NCBI GenBank assembly: GCA_964016885.1
Contig: OZ024753.1
Span: forward strand, 20,584,001-20,648,000
Direction of reading: 5' to 3'
DNA length: 64,000 nt
From: Eledone cirrhosa
Taxonomy: Eukaryota
The notes beneath the pieces are model-generated. The model was not told the DNA's origin. It saw only the letters and a program-made list of their open reading frames with translations, and made no database searches. The translations under genes and the position numbers were made by a program. This document shows positions 1 through 13,793 of the stretch, piece by piece. Within the stretch, counting starts at the first letter, position 1, and every line of letters begins with the position of its first letter.

Positions 1-729
1 ACATATATGGATGATTTGATGGTTTGAGTGGGGTCATGAGGACTGCGGATTGACCTCTGGTCGGCCCTGGTGATGATTATCTTTCGACATCCAATGTAGC
101 AAGCGATGACCCAGAGCTTACCAGAGATCATTATTGTGTTGAAGTGATTCTGCAATCACCGCGCCTGGTCCTATGAGTAGACTACAACCACAGAGATCAT
201 TAATTTAGAATCCTCGCTCATCGTCTATAATATTCATTTGTGGCACTCTACGATGGGGGTCAATTCACCATAATAATACGAACACCTTCAGCACAACTTA
301 ATAGACTACTCTATATTTAAAACACTTTATGCTTTAGAAATTTTTTAGAAGTTGCGCATAACCATAGAAATTAGGGTCTGTTTTGAGACACATTTAATAG
401 TTAGTAATAGAAACCTCGGAGTTACCTTCCCTCATGCATTAACTCCCCTTAGCCACACACACACTTCCGGGTAGTATTTCAATATCGATTCTCGAAACGT
501 GTGAAAAACATGACTCTTCCAAAAGAAGACCAGCAACAGCTAGGGTCTGACCCTGGGATTTGTTGATAGACGTTGCAAAGCTGAGACGGTTCGGCAAATG
601 GTTCGTTGGTTGTCTGTTTCAAGTGCTCTTCTGGTGGCAGTACGTTCAGCATCTTGCGACCGTCGAATAGCAGATTCCACTGACGATTCGTTTGCCCGCC
701 CTTTTCTGTAATATCTGTACACGAATATA

Positions 730-803
<74 letters not shown>

Positions 804-1099
804 TGACAGTTTAAATTTAAGCAAAGAATCGCTGCTTTCACCCTTAACGGGATTTTTTGAAACTAAAAAAAATCAAACTGTGAACGCAGAAGTAAATATT
901 TCGAAAAACGTGGTAACCGAAGGAAAAACAGCAAGACGATACTGTGGTTTGTGAAGACGTTCCCTGGCAATGAACGGAAAATAGCGAAGATAATACGTCA
1001 GTAATGAGAACAATTTGTGTCATAATGTCGTAAGACCGACATCCAGACAGATATAGGGGCGCGACGTTATAGTTATGTATCTATCTAAAAAGACAGACT

Positions 1100-1107
<8 letters not shown>

Positions 1108-1169
<62 letters not shown>
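1108..1169. repeat. (GA)n microsatellite
   Basis: Pure GA dinucleotide run. Confidence 0.95.
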
Positions 1170-1175
<6 letters not shown>

Positions 1176-1349
1176 GCGCCTAGCACCCCTTTAACAACAG
1201 AAAATTGAAAAATAAAAGCTGCAGTTAATATCTTTAGACCGTAAGGAATAGATAAATGCAAGCTTGAAGTCAATCGGAGTAGAGATGTGGATTTGTGTAG
1301 ACTTTGCAAAAATTTGGACAGACACGCACGCACACGCACACACACACAG

Positions 1350-1380
<31 letters not shown>

Positions 1381-1456
1381 TTCAGTTTTATATATATGTA
1401 TAGATAGATAGATATATAATTAGAATTTCGCTTCAAGCATAGCTGTATACAGTTTC

Positions 1457-1848
1457 GTATAGGAATTTCTTATTTCTAAAGAAACACGGTATGTTTACAG
1501 GTAAATATTTAGAAATCCGTAGCTATACAAAAAAACACCGAGGCTAACGCTCTCTGGTGTTGTCCAACAGAAGCAAGGGGGCAATTTTCGATGCATTTTG
1601 AACTTAACTGCTTCTCATCAGGACGATCCCTCACACGCTTGCAACTGCTGGACTTTGAAAACAGGCGATAATATAATTTGCATATGAAGCTGTATAAGTT
1701 GGCTCAACTTATAATAGAATACAGCTATACCTGAAGCTAAATCCTAATGATGAGGATCAGTTAAGTTCGAAATGCATCGACGATTGCCTCCGGTGCTTCT
1801 GCTGGACTCTATAAGCACACCGTGTTTCTTTAGAAATACGAAATCCTA
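1457..1848. mobile_element. Inverted pair of PLE pseudo-LTR-like repeats (family D), each arm with a degenerate hammerhead
   Basis: 1457-1628 is the reverse complement of ~1745-1848 (e.g. accgtgtttctttagaaata). Minus arm reads atcgtc-CTGATGA-gaagcagttaagttc-AAAA-tgcaTC; plus arm reads ATGATGA-ggatcagttaagttc-GAAA-tgca-TC-gacgat. Confidence 0.6.
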
Positions 1849-1865
1849 CACACATATATATATAT

Positions 1866-2075
1866 TACAAAGAAAGAGTGGTAAGGATCCAAGTGGACCA
1901 TAACGCACCGGAGTACTCAATACTTAGGGTAATAGAGAGGGTAATAGGAAAAGAGTCAGGACCGCGACGGCTGGGGCTCCGGCCGTTTTGACAGCTAGAT
2001 CCTGATCGAGCTGTCGAAAGGGCCGGGAGCTGAGCAGTCGGGGTCCTGGCTCTTTTCCTATTACCCACTCTACTA
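1866..2075. mobile_element. Fold-back fragment of repeat family C (PLE pseudo-LTR-like)
   Basis: Homologous to 2358-2480 and 29902-30020 (ggtaaggaaccaggtggaccataacgcacc...). Internal inversion near 2000. Flanked by TA repeats. Confidence 0.65.
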
Positions 2076-2153
2076 TATACATATATATATATAGGGTTCT
2101 TATATATTTGATATATATTTATCCTTATCGGGCCATCTTTGGATTTTATTATT

Positions 2154-2342
2154 TTGGCAGTATCAGTAGAGCGTCAGACACCAAGTTTTGCAGCATAGTT
2201 ATGGCCCTTTGCGTTCTGAGTTCAAATCCGCCGAGGTTAACTTTGCCTTTCATCCTTACGAGGTCGATAAAATAAAGTACCAGTGGTGCACTGAGGTAAT
2301 CGCTGGCCTTGTGCCAAAAGTAGAAACAATTATTATTATTAC
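2154..2342 (+). mobile_element. tRNA-derived SINE (family S1)
   Basis: B-box-like GAGTTCAAATCC, conserved body (ctttgcctttcatccttacgaggtcgataaaataaagtaccag) and (ATT)n tail; 7 copies in window. Confidence 0.85.
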
Positions 2343-2357
2343 TATATATATATATAT

Positions 2358-2939
2358 AACGAAGGAAATGTGGTAAGGAACCAGGTGGACCATAACGCAC
2401 CAAAGTACTCAATACTTAGGGTAGTACAGTGGGTAATAGGAACAAGTAAGACCCCGACGGCTGAGTTCAAGCCGTTTCGACGGCTAATTATGGACTGAAT
2501 GAAAATGTATTCTGGTATTTAAATAGCCGAGCTTATCAAGGGGTAATTCCATATATGGTCAAAGAGATAATCACCAGGATTGGTCACATAACAAGTTAGT
2601 AGTAAATCTGTGATGGCAAATTGGTGGGGGAAGGGGTAGCTAAACCTGCCGGTAGGAGAAAAGGGGAGAGGTGGTGGAGTAGAGCCATTCATGCGTTGGT
2701 AGTGCCGGCTACAGCTGGGCGTGAGGTCAAAGAGGATACTGGGGAGGGGGTGGAAGTCGAGACGATCCGTAGAACAAAGAAAGGGTAAAACTATAAAAAG
2801 TACGGAGAGAGAAAAAAAAAATAATAAGCAAAGTCTGGTTACTAAGACTTAAGTCTCTCGCTATTGCTAGGCTAAAGAAATACATAAATAAATAAATAAA
2901 CAAATAAGTGGATAAAAGAATAGATAAATAAATTTAAAA

Positions 2940-2989
<50 letters not shown>

Positions 2990-3295
2990 GAAGAATAAAA
3001 AAATAAATAATAATAATAAAAATAAACTAGGTGGGACGGAAATAAAGGGACCCTTATACGAGGTATAAGTGCGTGTGGCGTACGGTGACGGGTCAACAAA
3101 GGGGAGGGGGGCCAAAATACTAAAGAGACTACCACGAAATAATAAAGGTTTCTACCCCAATCACAGGGCCAGCAACCACCCAGTGCAAGAAAGTAAACTA
3201 GTACGGGAATATAATTCAGGGTCCCGCAATATATATAGGGACAAACATATTGTGACCACAGACGAACATAGAAGTGTATTTATACCAAGTATGGT
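2358..3295 (-). mobile_element. Repeat family C element with hammerhead-like motif at 2451-2544
   Basis: Minus strand reads acccc-TTGATAA-...tagccgtc-GAAA-cggct(tgaactc)agccg-TC-ggggt. Stems I and III are perfect; the core has 2 substitutions. Right boundary approximate. Confidence 0.55.
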
Positions 3296-3502
3296 TATAT
3301 GTGTGAGTACACACATACACACACACACATCTCTCTCTCTACATATATACATATATATATATATATGTAAAGAGAGTGGAGATCAATAAATCTTGTATAA
3401 ACATCAGACGAATGATTAATCAGCGATATTTTACGGGCTGCAGGCGAGAAACAAATCGAGACAGAACGATGGCAATTCGAAACAAATCCAAAGAGGATAC
3501 AT

Positions 3503-3593
3503 TATATATATATACACACACATCTACTTAGCTCTCTCTTTCTATATATATATGTACATATACACACGTATATATACACACACACATATATAT

Positions 3594-3632
<39 letters not shown>

Positions 3633-5502
3633 CACACACATATATACAGACAAATATATATACACATACATACACAGACACATATATATACACACACATA
3701 TATATATATTCATACATACATATATGCACATCCATATATATATATATACATACATATATATAAGGACATCAATATATATATGCACATACATATATATACA
3801 CACATATATACATACATATACATATACATACATATACACATATATATACATACATATACATATATGTATACATACATATACACACATATATACATAAATA
3901 TACATATATGTATACATACATATACACACATATATACATACATATACATATATGTATACATACATATACACACATATATATACATATACACACATATATA
4001 TACAGACATATACACACATATATATATACATATACATATATATACACATATATATATTCCTGTATATACATACATATACATATATATACATATATATATA
4101 CATACATATACACACATACATATACATACATATATATACATATATGTATACATACATACAAACATATATATATACATACATACACACACATATATATATA
4201 TACATAAATATACACACATATTTATATACATACATATACACACATATATATACATACATATATACATATATATATATATACATACATATACACACATATA
4301 TACACACATATATGTACATACATATACACATATATGTACATACATATACACACCTATATATACATATATACACGCATATATACATACATATACACACATA
4401 TATATACATACATATACATATATATACACACATATATATATATATACATACATATACACACATATATATACAAATATATACACACGCATATACACACATA
4501 TATGCATACATATACACACATATGTATACACACATATACACACATATATATACATACATACACATATATCTACACACATACACACACATATATATATATA
4601 CATACATATACACACATATATATACATACATATACACACGTATATATACACACATATACACGCATATATATAAATATATATACACACATATATATACACA
4701 CATATATATACACACATATATATACATATACATACACACATACATAATAATACACACATATACATATATATACACACATATATATACATACATATACACA
4801 CATATGCAGACATGTATACACATGTACATATACGCACATATACATATACACATATATATACACACATATATGCACATACATATGTATACACATATATATA
4901 TACATACACATACACACATACATATGCACATACATATGTATACACACATATATATACATACACACATATATATGCACATACATATATATACACATATATA
5001 TATATACATACATATACACATATAAATATGCACATACATATACACACATATATATATGCACATACATATATATACACACATATATATATATATATATACA
5101 TACATACATACACACACATATATATACACATACATATATATACACATATATATATACACACATATACACACATATATATATGCACATACATATATATACA
5201 CACATATATATATGCACATACATATATATCACACATATATATATGCACATACATATATATGCACATACATATATATACATATATATACACATATATACAC
5301 ATACATATACACACATATATATACATACATATACATACATATATATATACATACATACATATACATATATATATACATACATACATATATATACGCATAT
5401 ATATATACATACATATACATATATACATACATATACATATATATATATATAAACATATATACATACATATACATATATATATAGATATGTATACATACAT
5501 AT

Positions 5503-5549
<47 letters not shown>

Positions 5550-5864
5550 TATATATACATATACACATATATATATCATAAATATATACACATATATATA
5601 TACATATACACACATATATATATACATACATATACACACATATATATATACATACATATACACACATATATATATACATACATATACATACATATATATA
5701 CACATACAAATACATACATATATATACACATACATATACATACATATATATACATACGTATACATACATATATATACACATACATATACATACATATATA
5801 TACATACGTATACATACATATGTACACATACACATACACAGATATATGTATACACATACATACT

Positions 5865-5902
<38 letters not shown>

Positions 5903-5912
5903 CATACACACG

Positions 5913-5944
<32 letters not shown>

Positions 5945-5965
5945 CATACACACGTATATATATAT

Positions 5966-6018
<53 letters not shown>

Positions 6019-6087
6019 CACACATATACATACATATACATACATATATATACACATACATACGTATATATATACATATATATATAC

Positions 6088-6118
<31 letters not shown>

Positions 6119-6190
6119 CAGACATACATATACACACATACATATACACACATACATACGTATATATATATATATATATATACATATATA
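3503..6190. repeat. Compound (TA)n/(CA)n microsatellite
   Basis: Continuous TA/TACA/CACA low-complexity sequence. Confidence 0.95.
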
Positions 6191-6646
6191 TGGTGGCTGC
6201 CAACTCGTTTTCGAGTACGGCCACTACTTTATATCCATGTAGGAGAACCCCTACCGATGCGCTGAACGACTGTGACATTTTAGTCCAGCCAGTGACTTGA
6301 AAACTCTGGTACAAATACTTCATTTGTGACAATTATTGACACATAGTGCTGGGCCCATGGTACCATGTGACGACAAGTGCAGAGAGACCTCCAGATATAA
6401 AGCAATGCCTGTGCCGTGAAGCGTTTGTAGTGAGCAAAGGCACTGCACAAAGCCAGTCCCACTCTCTTAACCAAGATGATATTTACCAAAAAGAAGAACA
6501 AGTCAACATCATTGGATACCATCAGGGTTGCAGGTGTTATATCAGAGTTTTCCTTCTCCTAGAATTCTGCCTTGACAAAGGCTAAGGGGTCATCTCTCCC
6601 GGTGATTTTGGATGGCCATTGACTCTGAAGAGCTCCTTTGCCCTTT
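6191..6646 (-). mobile_element. Family F non-coding element with conserved 3' hairpin, 5'-truncated copy
   Basis: Reverse complement of 47088-47543; ends ...gcagccacca directly against (TA)n. Confidence 0.8.
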
Positions 6647-6940
6647 GTATACATAGATATACATACATATATACATACATATATCCACATACATACGTAC
6701 ATATATATACATATATATATATACACATACATACGTATATATATACTCATATATATATATATACACATACGTACGTATATATATATATACATATATATAT
6801 ACACACATACATACGTATATATATATACATATATATATACACACATACATACGTATATATATATAAATATATATATACACACATACATACGTATATATAT
6901 ATTCATATATATATACACACATACATAGGTATATATATAT

Positions 6941-7236
6941 GATGGCTGCCCCCTCGTTATCGAGTATGGCCATTGCACAATATACCATTATTAATAATTA
7001 TTAATTAATTCTATCATGTAATGCCTGTGCGCGACGATATTTTTAAAGTGAGGGAAGACTGTGCACTGAGCCAATCCCACTCTCTGAGCGACAGTAGCTA
7101 TAACCCGAAAAGAAGAAAAGATCAACATCATCGGTAACTAATGAGCCGCAGGTTTTATATCGGAGTTATCCCAGTTTCCTGAGTTGCCTTCTCCTAGAAG
7201 AATGCCCTGACAAAGGCTAGGGGTCCTTCACTCCCA
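6941..7236 (-). mobile_element. Diverged subfamily of family F
   Basis: Collinear similarity to 6191-6600 (ccttctcctagaa...tgacaaaggcta, cccactctct) with the same terminal hairpin. Confidence 0.65.
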
Positions 7237-7416
7237 TATATATATATACATATATATATATACATATATATATATGGGAGTGTGTGTATATATATATACA
7301 TATATATATACACACATACATATGTATATATATATACACATACGTACGTATATATATACATATATATATATACGTACGTATGTGTATATATATATGTATA
7401 TATATATATGCGTACG

Positions 7417-7459
<43 letters not shown>

Positions 7460-7736
7460 GTACGTATGTGTATATATATATATATGTATATATATATACA
7501 TATGTATGTATGTATATATATATGTATATATATATACACACACTCCCATATATATATATACATATACACACATACGTACGTATATATATATATACATATA
7601 TATATATACACATACGTACGTATATATATATATACATATATATATATACACATACGTACGTATATATATATATACATATATATATACACATACGTACGTA
7701 TATATATATATACATATATATATACACATACGTACG

Positions 7737-7768
<32 letters not shown>

Positions 7769-7865
7769 TATATACACATACGTACGTATATATATATACA
7801 TATATATATACACATACGTATGTATATATATATATATACATACATATATATATACACATACGTAC

Positions 7866-7904
<39 letters not shown>

Positions 7905-7953
7905 CGTACGTATATATATATATATACATACATATATATATACACATACGTAC

Positions 7954-7992
<39 letters not shown>

Positions 7993-8077
7993 CGTACGTA
8001 TATATATATATATACATATATATATACACATACGTACGTATATATATATACATACATATATATATACACATACGTAC

Positions 8078-8150
<73 letters not shown>

Positions 8151-8169
8151 TATACACATACATACGTAG

Positions 8170-8200
<31 letters not shown>

Positions 8201-8217
8201 TATATACACATACATAC

Positions 8218-8264
<47 letters not shown>

Positions 8265-8276
8265 CACATACGTACG

Positions 8277-8308
<32 letters not shown>

Positions 8309-8363
8309 TATACACATACGTACGTATATATATATATATATACATATATATACACATACATAC

Positions 8364-8402
<39 letters not shown>

Positions 8403-8418
8403 TATACACATACGTACG

Positions 8419-8452
<34 letters not shown>

Positions 8453-8773
8453 CGTACGTATATATATATATACATATATATATACACACATACATACGTA
8501 TATGTATACATATATATATACACACATACATACGTATATATATATATATACATATATATATACACACATACATACGTATATATATATACATATATATATA
8601 TACACATATATATATACATACATATATATATACACATATATATATATACATACATATGCATACAAATATATACATACATATATATAGATATATATACATA
8701 TATATACATATATACATATATATATATACATATATACATATATATATACATATATATATATACATATATATAC

Positions 8774-8822
<49 letters not shown>

Positions 8823-8847
8823 CATATATACATATACATATATATAC

Positions 8848-8878
<31 letters not shown>

Positions 8879-9311
8879 CCTATACATACAAATATATATA
8901 TATATATATACACATGCATACAAATATATACATACATACATATACATACAAATATATACATACATACATACATACATATATATGTATATACATATATATA
9001 TGCACATATATATATACATACATACATATATATGTATATACATATATATATACACATATATATATACATACATATATATGTATATACATATATATATACA
9101 CATATATATATACATACATATATATATACACATATCTATATACATACATATACATACAAATATATACATACATATATATACAAATATATACATACATACA
9201 TATATATACAAATATATACATACATACATATACATACAAACATATATCTACAAATATATACATACATATGTATATATATACACATATATATATATACACA
9301 TATATATATAT

Positions 9312-9390
<79 letters not shown>

Positions 9391-9422
9391 CATACAAATA
9401 TATACATACATATATATATATA
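7237..9422. repeat. Compound (TA)n microsatellite with recurring TACACATACGTACGTA unit
   Basis: Direct reading. Confidence 0.95.
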
Positions 9423-9691
9423 TTGAGTACCTTACTTACTGTGGTTACCTCCGATTCAACCCTGAAGAGGTCGCAGCTAATGATGGCCGTCCCCGAAATA
9501 TATATAGCAGTACATCTTTAAGAAACGAAGCCAAATTTTATATGTTATATGTATATATATATAGTTATATGTATATATATAGCTATATGTATATATATAT
9601 AGTTTTATATATATATATATATATATATATAACTATATATATATATATATACGATATTAACAAATGGAAACTATATTTATAAAACCATATT

Positions 9692-9756
9692 TATTTCATT
9701 ATACATATTTCAAGGACACCAAGTTAAATTATGGTGTGCTTTCATCAGATAAAGTA
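9692..9756 (-). ncRNA. Type I hammerhead ribozyme (family A)
   Basis: tactttat-CTGATGA-aag...ctt-GAAA-tatgta-TA-atgaaata. Confidence 0.7.
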
Positions 9757-9875
9757 TAATATAGAGTAGTTTTATAAATAAATATTTACATACCCTTAAA
9801 GAATGCAACCATTACTGTTGGAAGCTCCCGGATAGTATATACTTTCAGACGTTCAACCATCTGGCAGGAAGGTAT

Positions 9876-9918
9876 ACGTTGCTGACGATAGCTAATAAGC
9901 TTGAAACTTGTACAGCGT
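9876..9918 (+). ncRNA. Minimal type I hammerhead ribozyme (family I)
   Basis: acgttg-CTGACGA-t-agct-aata-agct-t-GAAA-cttg-TA-cagcgt; 6-bp stem I with one G-U; GUA cleavage triplet. Confidence 0.75.
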
Positions 9919-10034
9919 TCCTTTGTCAGTGTTGAACAAATGAGCAACGTTGGTTGCTAGACACTACGGCTTAATACGGGATGTTTGTTTACAAACACAC
10001 CGAGCATTATAATAAATGTTCGGTGAATCCATAC

Positions 10035-10073
<39 letters not shown>

Positions 10074-10254
10074 CTACTGTACGTCTGTATACATATATGT
10101 GTGTACGTATACATACTTATATTTAAGTAAAAGCCGTACTAAGAGTGAGAAATGAAATTTCGTTTCATTTTTTCCGTTTATATATATATATATAACTATA
10201 TATACATATAACTATATATATACATATAACTATATATATACATATAACTATATA

Positions 10255-10562
10255 TGGAAAGTTATATTTAAATTGTTGGGTTACAACTAGTAAATATTTA
10301 TAACTGATATAAAAGCACTCGACAAATATTTGGAGTATATTTACAATATTTACAATATTTACAATTTTTTCACTACCAAATCAACCTTTTCAAATACAAG
10401 TCGATGTTGTTACGGTATGTCGAATCTATTTATCTATAAAACTGTTTATATTGTACTTTGTCTGAGGAAGGCATAGCATATTGTTAATATGATATCCCTG
10501 AAATATATATAATGAAATAGAATTGGTTTTATAAATATAGTTTCCATTTATTTAATATTGCA
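10255..10562 (+). mobile_element. Family A pseudo-LTR fragment with hammerhead at ~10455-10519 (CTGAGGA...GAAA), preceded by an inverted segment
   Basis: Near-identical to 41890-42085 and 40358-40450. Confidence 0.7.
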
Positions 10563-11314
10563 TATAACTATATATATACTTATATATATATACAAACATA
10601 CACACACAGATATATATTCACACGCACATGTGTGTGTGTGTGTGCTTCTACATATGTATATGCATATATAGAGAGAGCGAGAGAGTGAGAGAGGGAGAGA
10701 TATATCAGTTTGACAGATATGTAATTATATATGTTGGTCACGTCTACAAGCTAGATGTTACTAGTAATAAATGGCTCCCTCATACAAGTAGGTTACCACT
10801 TCATCTCCATTGCTCTCCAGCCTCTATAACTCTCTATGTCAAACATGTCATCTTTGCTTCCCTTCACTTACCCTTTCGGGCTTATGTGAGATCATATCAG
10901 TGAATTAGCCATCGATAAACAGACGACTTTTACTTCATTCATATCCGGTAAGTGCCTGAAACCGGAAACCATCAGGCTTACTTGAGAAGTGTCCAACTAA
11001 CTAGTAATAACCTAACATTTGAAACTGTTGTTTTGTTGTGTTTCTAGATTAGGACGCTGACTTTGTCGTATTTCACAGGGGTTCATCAGAGCCAATATTT
11101 AGAATGACATCTTTATAATCAGTACTTCTACTATAGTATTATAAGCATTATCATCATCGGTATTACCACTATTATTAACACTAATATTATTGTCACTAAT
11201 ATTATTAACGCTAATATTAGCACTATTATTAACAGTAATAGTATAATCACTATAATTATCTCTTTCATACATCAGGAGGGAGATAATTATAATAACAATG
11301 GAATGGTTACTGCG

Positions 11315-11782
11315 CCATACCGAATCTCTCTATGTTGGGCAGCTTTCAACAGGAACAAGGAAGTACTAACATCAAAACGAGTTTCCTATCATTTGAAGGT
11401 TAAGATCTTTGATACTTACATCCTACCAGTTGTGTTATATGGTCTTGACTGTGTTAATTGGACGACAAGGTCACTTCAAAAGCTCTCTACATTCCTGAAC
11501 TACATCATGAGACTTATGACTGGCAAGTGGCTCAGCGACCGTATCTGTATCAGTGAGCTGCTCAACATTACCAGACTTAGACCAATTACATCAATTGTCA
11601 AGTCAAGAGTACTCAAACTATACAGTCATATAGAAAGATCAACTCGTGGTGTGAGTAGGCTATGCCTGGAAGGAAGGTTGGCTGGACTTAATCTTTGCTC
11701 TTTAAACTCTGCTGTTTGTGACCAAACTTTGTGGAGAGAGATAACACATGTTAATGCACAGTCTACAACTGGCGTAGTTTAG
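11315..11782 (+). mobile_element. RTE-clade LINE 3' fragment (post-RT region)
   Basis: RISLCWAAF...KVKIFDTYILPVVLYGLDC...LKLYSHIER...LWR motifs typical of the RTE ORF C-terminus. Confidence 0.75.
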
Positions 11783-11936
11783 CGTCACAAGAGAATTATC
11801 TCCTTCAGGTCATCATTATTATCATTATCACCAATACTTTTATTGTAATATCACCTCCATCATTACCACTTAATTATAACTACTACTATAATTATATTTA
11901 TTACTATTATTATATTATTATCATTATTATTATATA

Positions 11937-12060
11937 TTCTGAGTTCAAATCCCGCCGAGGTCATCTTTGCCTTTCATCCTTACGGGGTCGATAAAATACA
12001 GTACCTGTAATGTACTGGGTAATTGCTGGCCTTGTGCCAAAAGTAGAAACAATTATTACT
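11937..12060 (+). mobile_element. SINE S1, 5'-truncated
   Basis: Matches 2213-2340. Confidence 0.85.
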
Positions 12061-12087
12061 TATATATTTTATATAGGTGCATGTGTG

Positions 12088-12125
<38 letters not shown>

Positions 12126-12127
12126 AT

Positions 12128-12577
12128 ATATTAATAAATGGAAACTATATTTATAAAACCATAATTATTTTATTATATATATTTCAAAGGCGACCAAGGT
12201 GAATTATGGTGCGCTTTCATCAGATAAAATACAGATTTGTTTTATAAATAAATATTGACATACCCGGAAAAAAGACAACCTCAACGGTTGATATTCGTTG
12301 GATATCCAGTGAATTTCAACCGCTGAGGTTGTCTTTTTTCCGGGTATGTCAATATTTATTTATAAAACAAATCTGTATTTTATCTGATGAAAGCGCACCA
12401 TAATTTACCTTGGTCGCCGTTGAAATATATATAATAAAATAATTATGGTTTTATAAATATAGTTTCCATCTATTAGTATATTGTATATTTACTCCACTAA
12501 TTTATTGAGTGCTTTATATCGGTTACAAAAATGTTTAAGGTTGTTGAATCCCAACAAATTAAATATAACCTCTGCAT
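12128..12577. mobile_element. Family A fold-back (head-to-head inverted pseudo-LTRs) with two hammerheads (12166-12231 minus; 12376-12441 plus)
   Basis: ~170-bp near-perfect inverted repeat centred near 12303. Plus motif reads tattttat-CTGATGA-aagcg...cgccgtt-GAAA-tatata-TA-ataaaata. Flanked by TA tracts. Confidence 0.8.
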
Positions 12578-12596
12578 ATATATATATATATATATA

Positions 12597-12960
12597 TCTT
12601 GATCCAGGGTCTTGAAATCACTCACGTGGGAAGAACCCCTCCCTGGACTCCTTCCACCGATTTCTGTCCATTACCAGTTCTGGTCATGAGGGTCCCAGGT
12701 GGTTGGTGAGGTTGTCTGACCATCTTGTCCTTGGACGTCCTTTTGATCTTGTCCATTTTCTTGGTGTCCACTCTGTCACTCTGATTGTTCATCTATTGTC
12801 ACTGAGTCACGAGATGTGACCAGCTCATCTGTTGTCACCAAATCTCCAGATGTGGCCATCCCATATGTGTCACTGAGTCCCCAGATCTGTGTCTTGACGG
12901 TTGTTATAATGTCACCGACTCCAGTTTTCTGTCGGATCCAAGTGCTCTTCTTATGTTGTT
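12597..12960 (-). mobile_element. RTE-clade LINE 3' end, degenerate
   Basis: Minus-strand translation includes WIRQKTGVGDI, (W)AGHIS, EWTPRKWTRSKGRPRTRWSD and DRNRWK, with stops and frameshifts. Confidence 0.75.
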
Positions 12961-13031
12961 AGGGTTAGATAGAGTGTTTCAGGATGGTGACCCCGACAGC
13001 GTAGTACCACAACCATCTGAGGGTGGGGCCC

Positions 13032-13075
<44 letters not shown>

Positions 13076-13671
13076 TGATCGTGATAATAAACAGATGACA
13101 AAAATAGATTAAACTAGTAGACATTACTTTTTCATAGCCTGTTTAATGGTTATAGCGGACTGAGCAAGTGTGGAGAGATTGAGATACTATGAGTACACTG
13201 GCCTACTTTCACCTCCTACCACCACCATCATACATTCCACTTCTCTATTTCTATCCAACCAGTGCCAACGTCATGTAATATATGTTTTTTGTAACCCGAC
13301 TGAGGATCATCCCTTCGATATCTGGCATACAAATACAAAATCACATTGTTTACATTTTCAGCAGCTAACGGCACATTGAATACCTAATACACAAACATTT
13401 TAATAACTTTAAAATGTACATAACTGGTATGATGTATAACAATAAACTGAATATTGATAATCCGTCTAATACCTTATAGGTAAATCTTGTGGCTACCTAT
13501 GATGTGGGGCGTGGAGTGCTTGTGTGGATTACACACAGTTGATGATTGTATATCAGAGTTCGGGTATGTGTATGTATATACATGTGCTCGTGTTTATTTG
13601 TGTGTATATGTATCTATATCTATGTAGTTGATTACTTGTATGCTTGAGAATATGTGACTGATTATGTCTGG

Positions 13672-13793
13672 TTGACAATGTGTGTGTTTGACAATGTGTG
13701 TGTTTGACAATGTGTGTGTTTGCCAATGTGTGTGTTTGACAATGTGTTTGTTTGATAATATGTGTTTCATAATGTGTGTGTTTGACAATGTGT
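13672..13793. repeat. 16-bp minisatellite (TTTGACAATGTGTGTG)
   Basis: About 7 tandem units. Confidence 0.85.

Noticed and set aside
945-990. GTGAAGA-cgttc...gaacg-GAAA
   Set aside because: Good stem II, but C3 is missing and there is no stem I or III
6280-6585. 79-130 aa ORFs in family F copies
   Set aside because: No recognisable motifs and not preserved in the diverged subfamily at 6941-7236
11055-11097. Minus-strand CTGATGA...GAAA motif
   Set aside because: No UH cleavage site next to the candidate stem I, and a poor stem II
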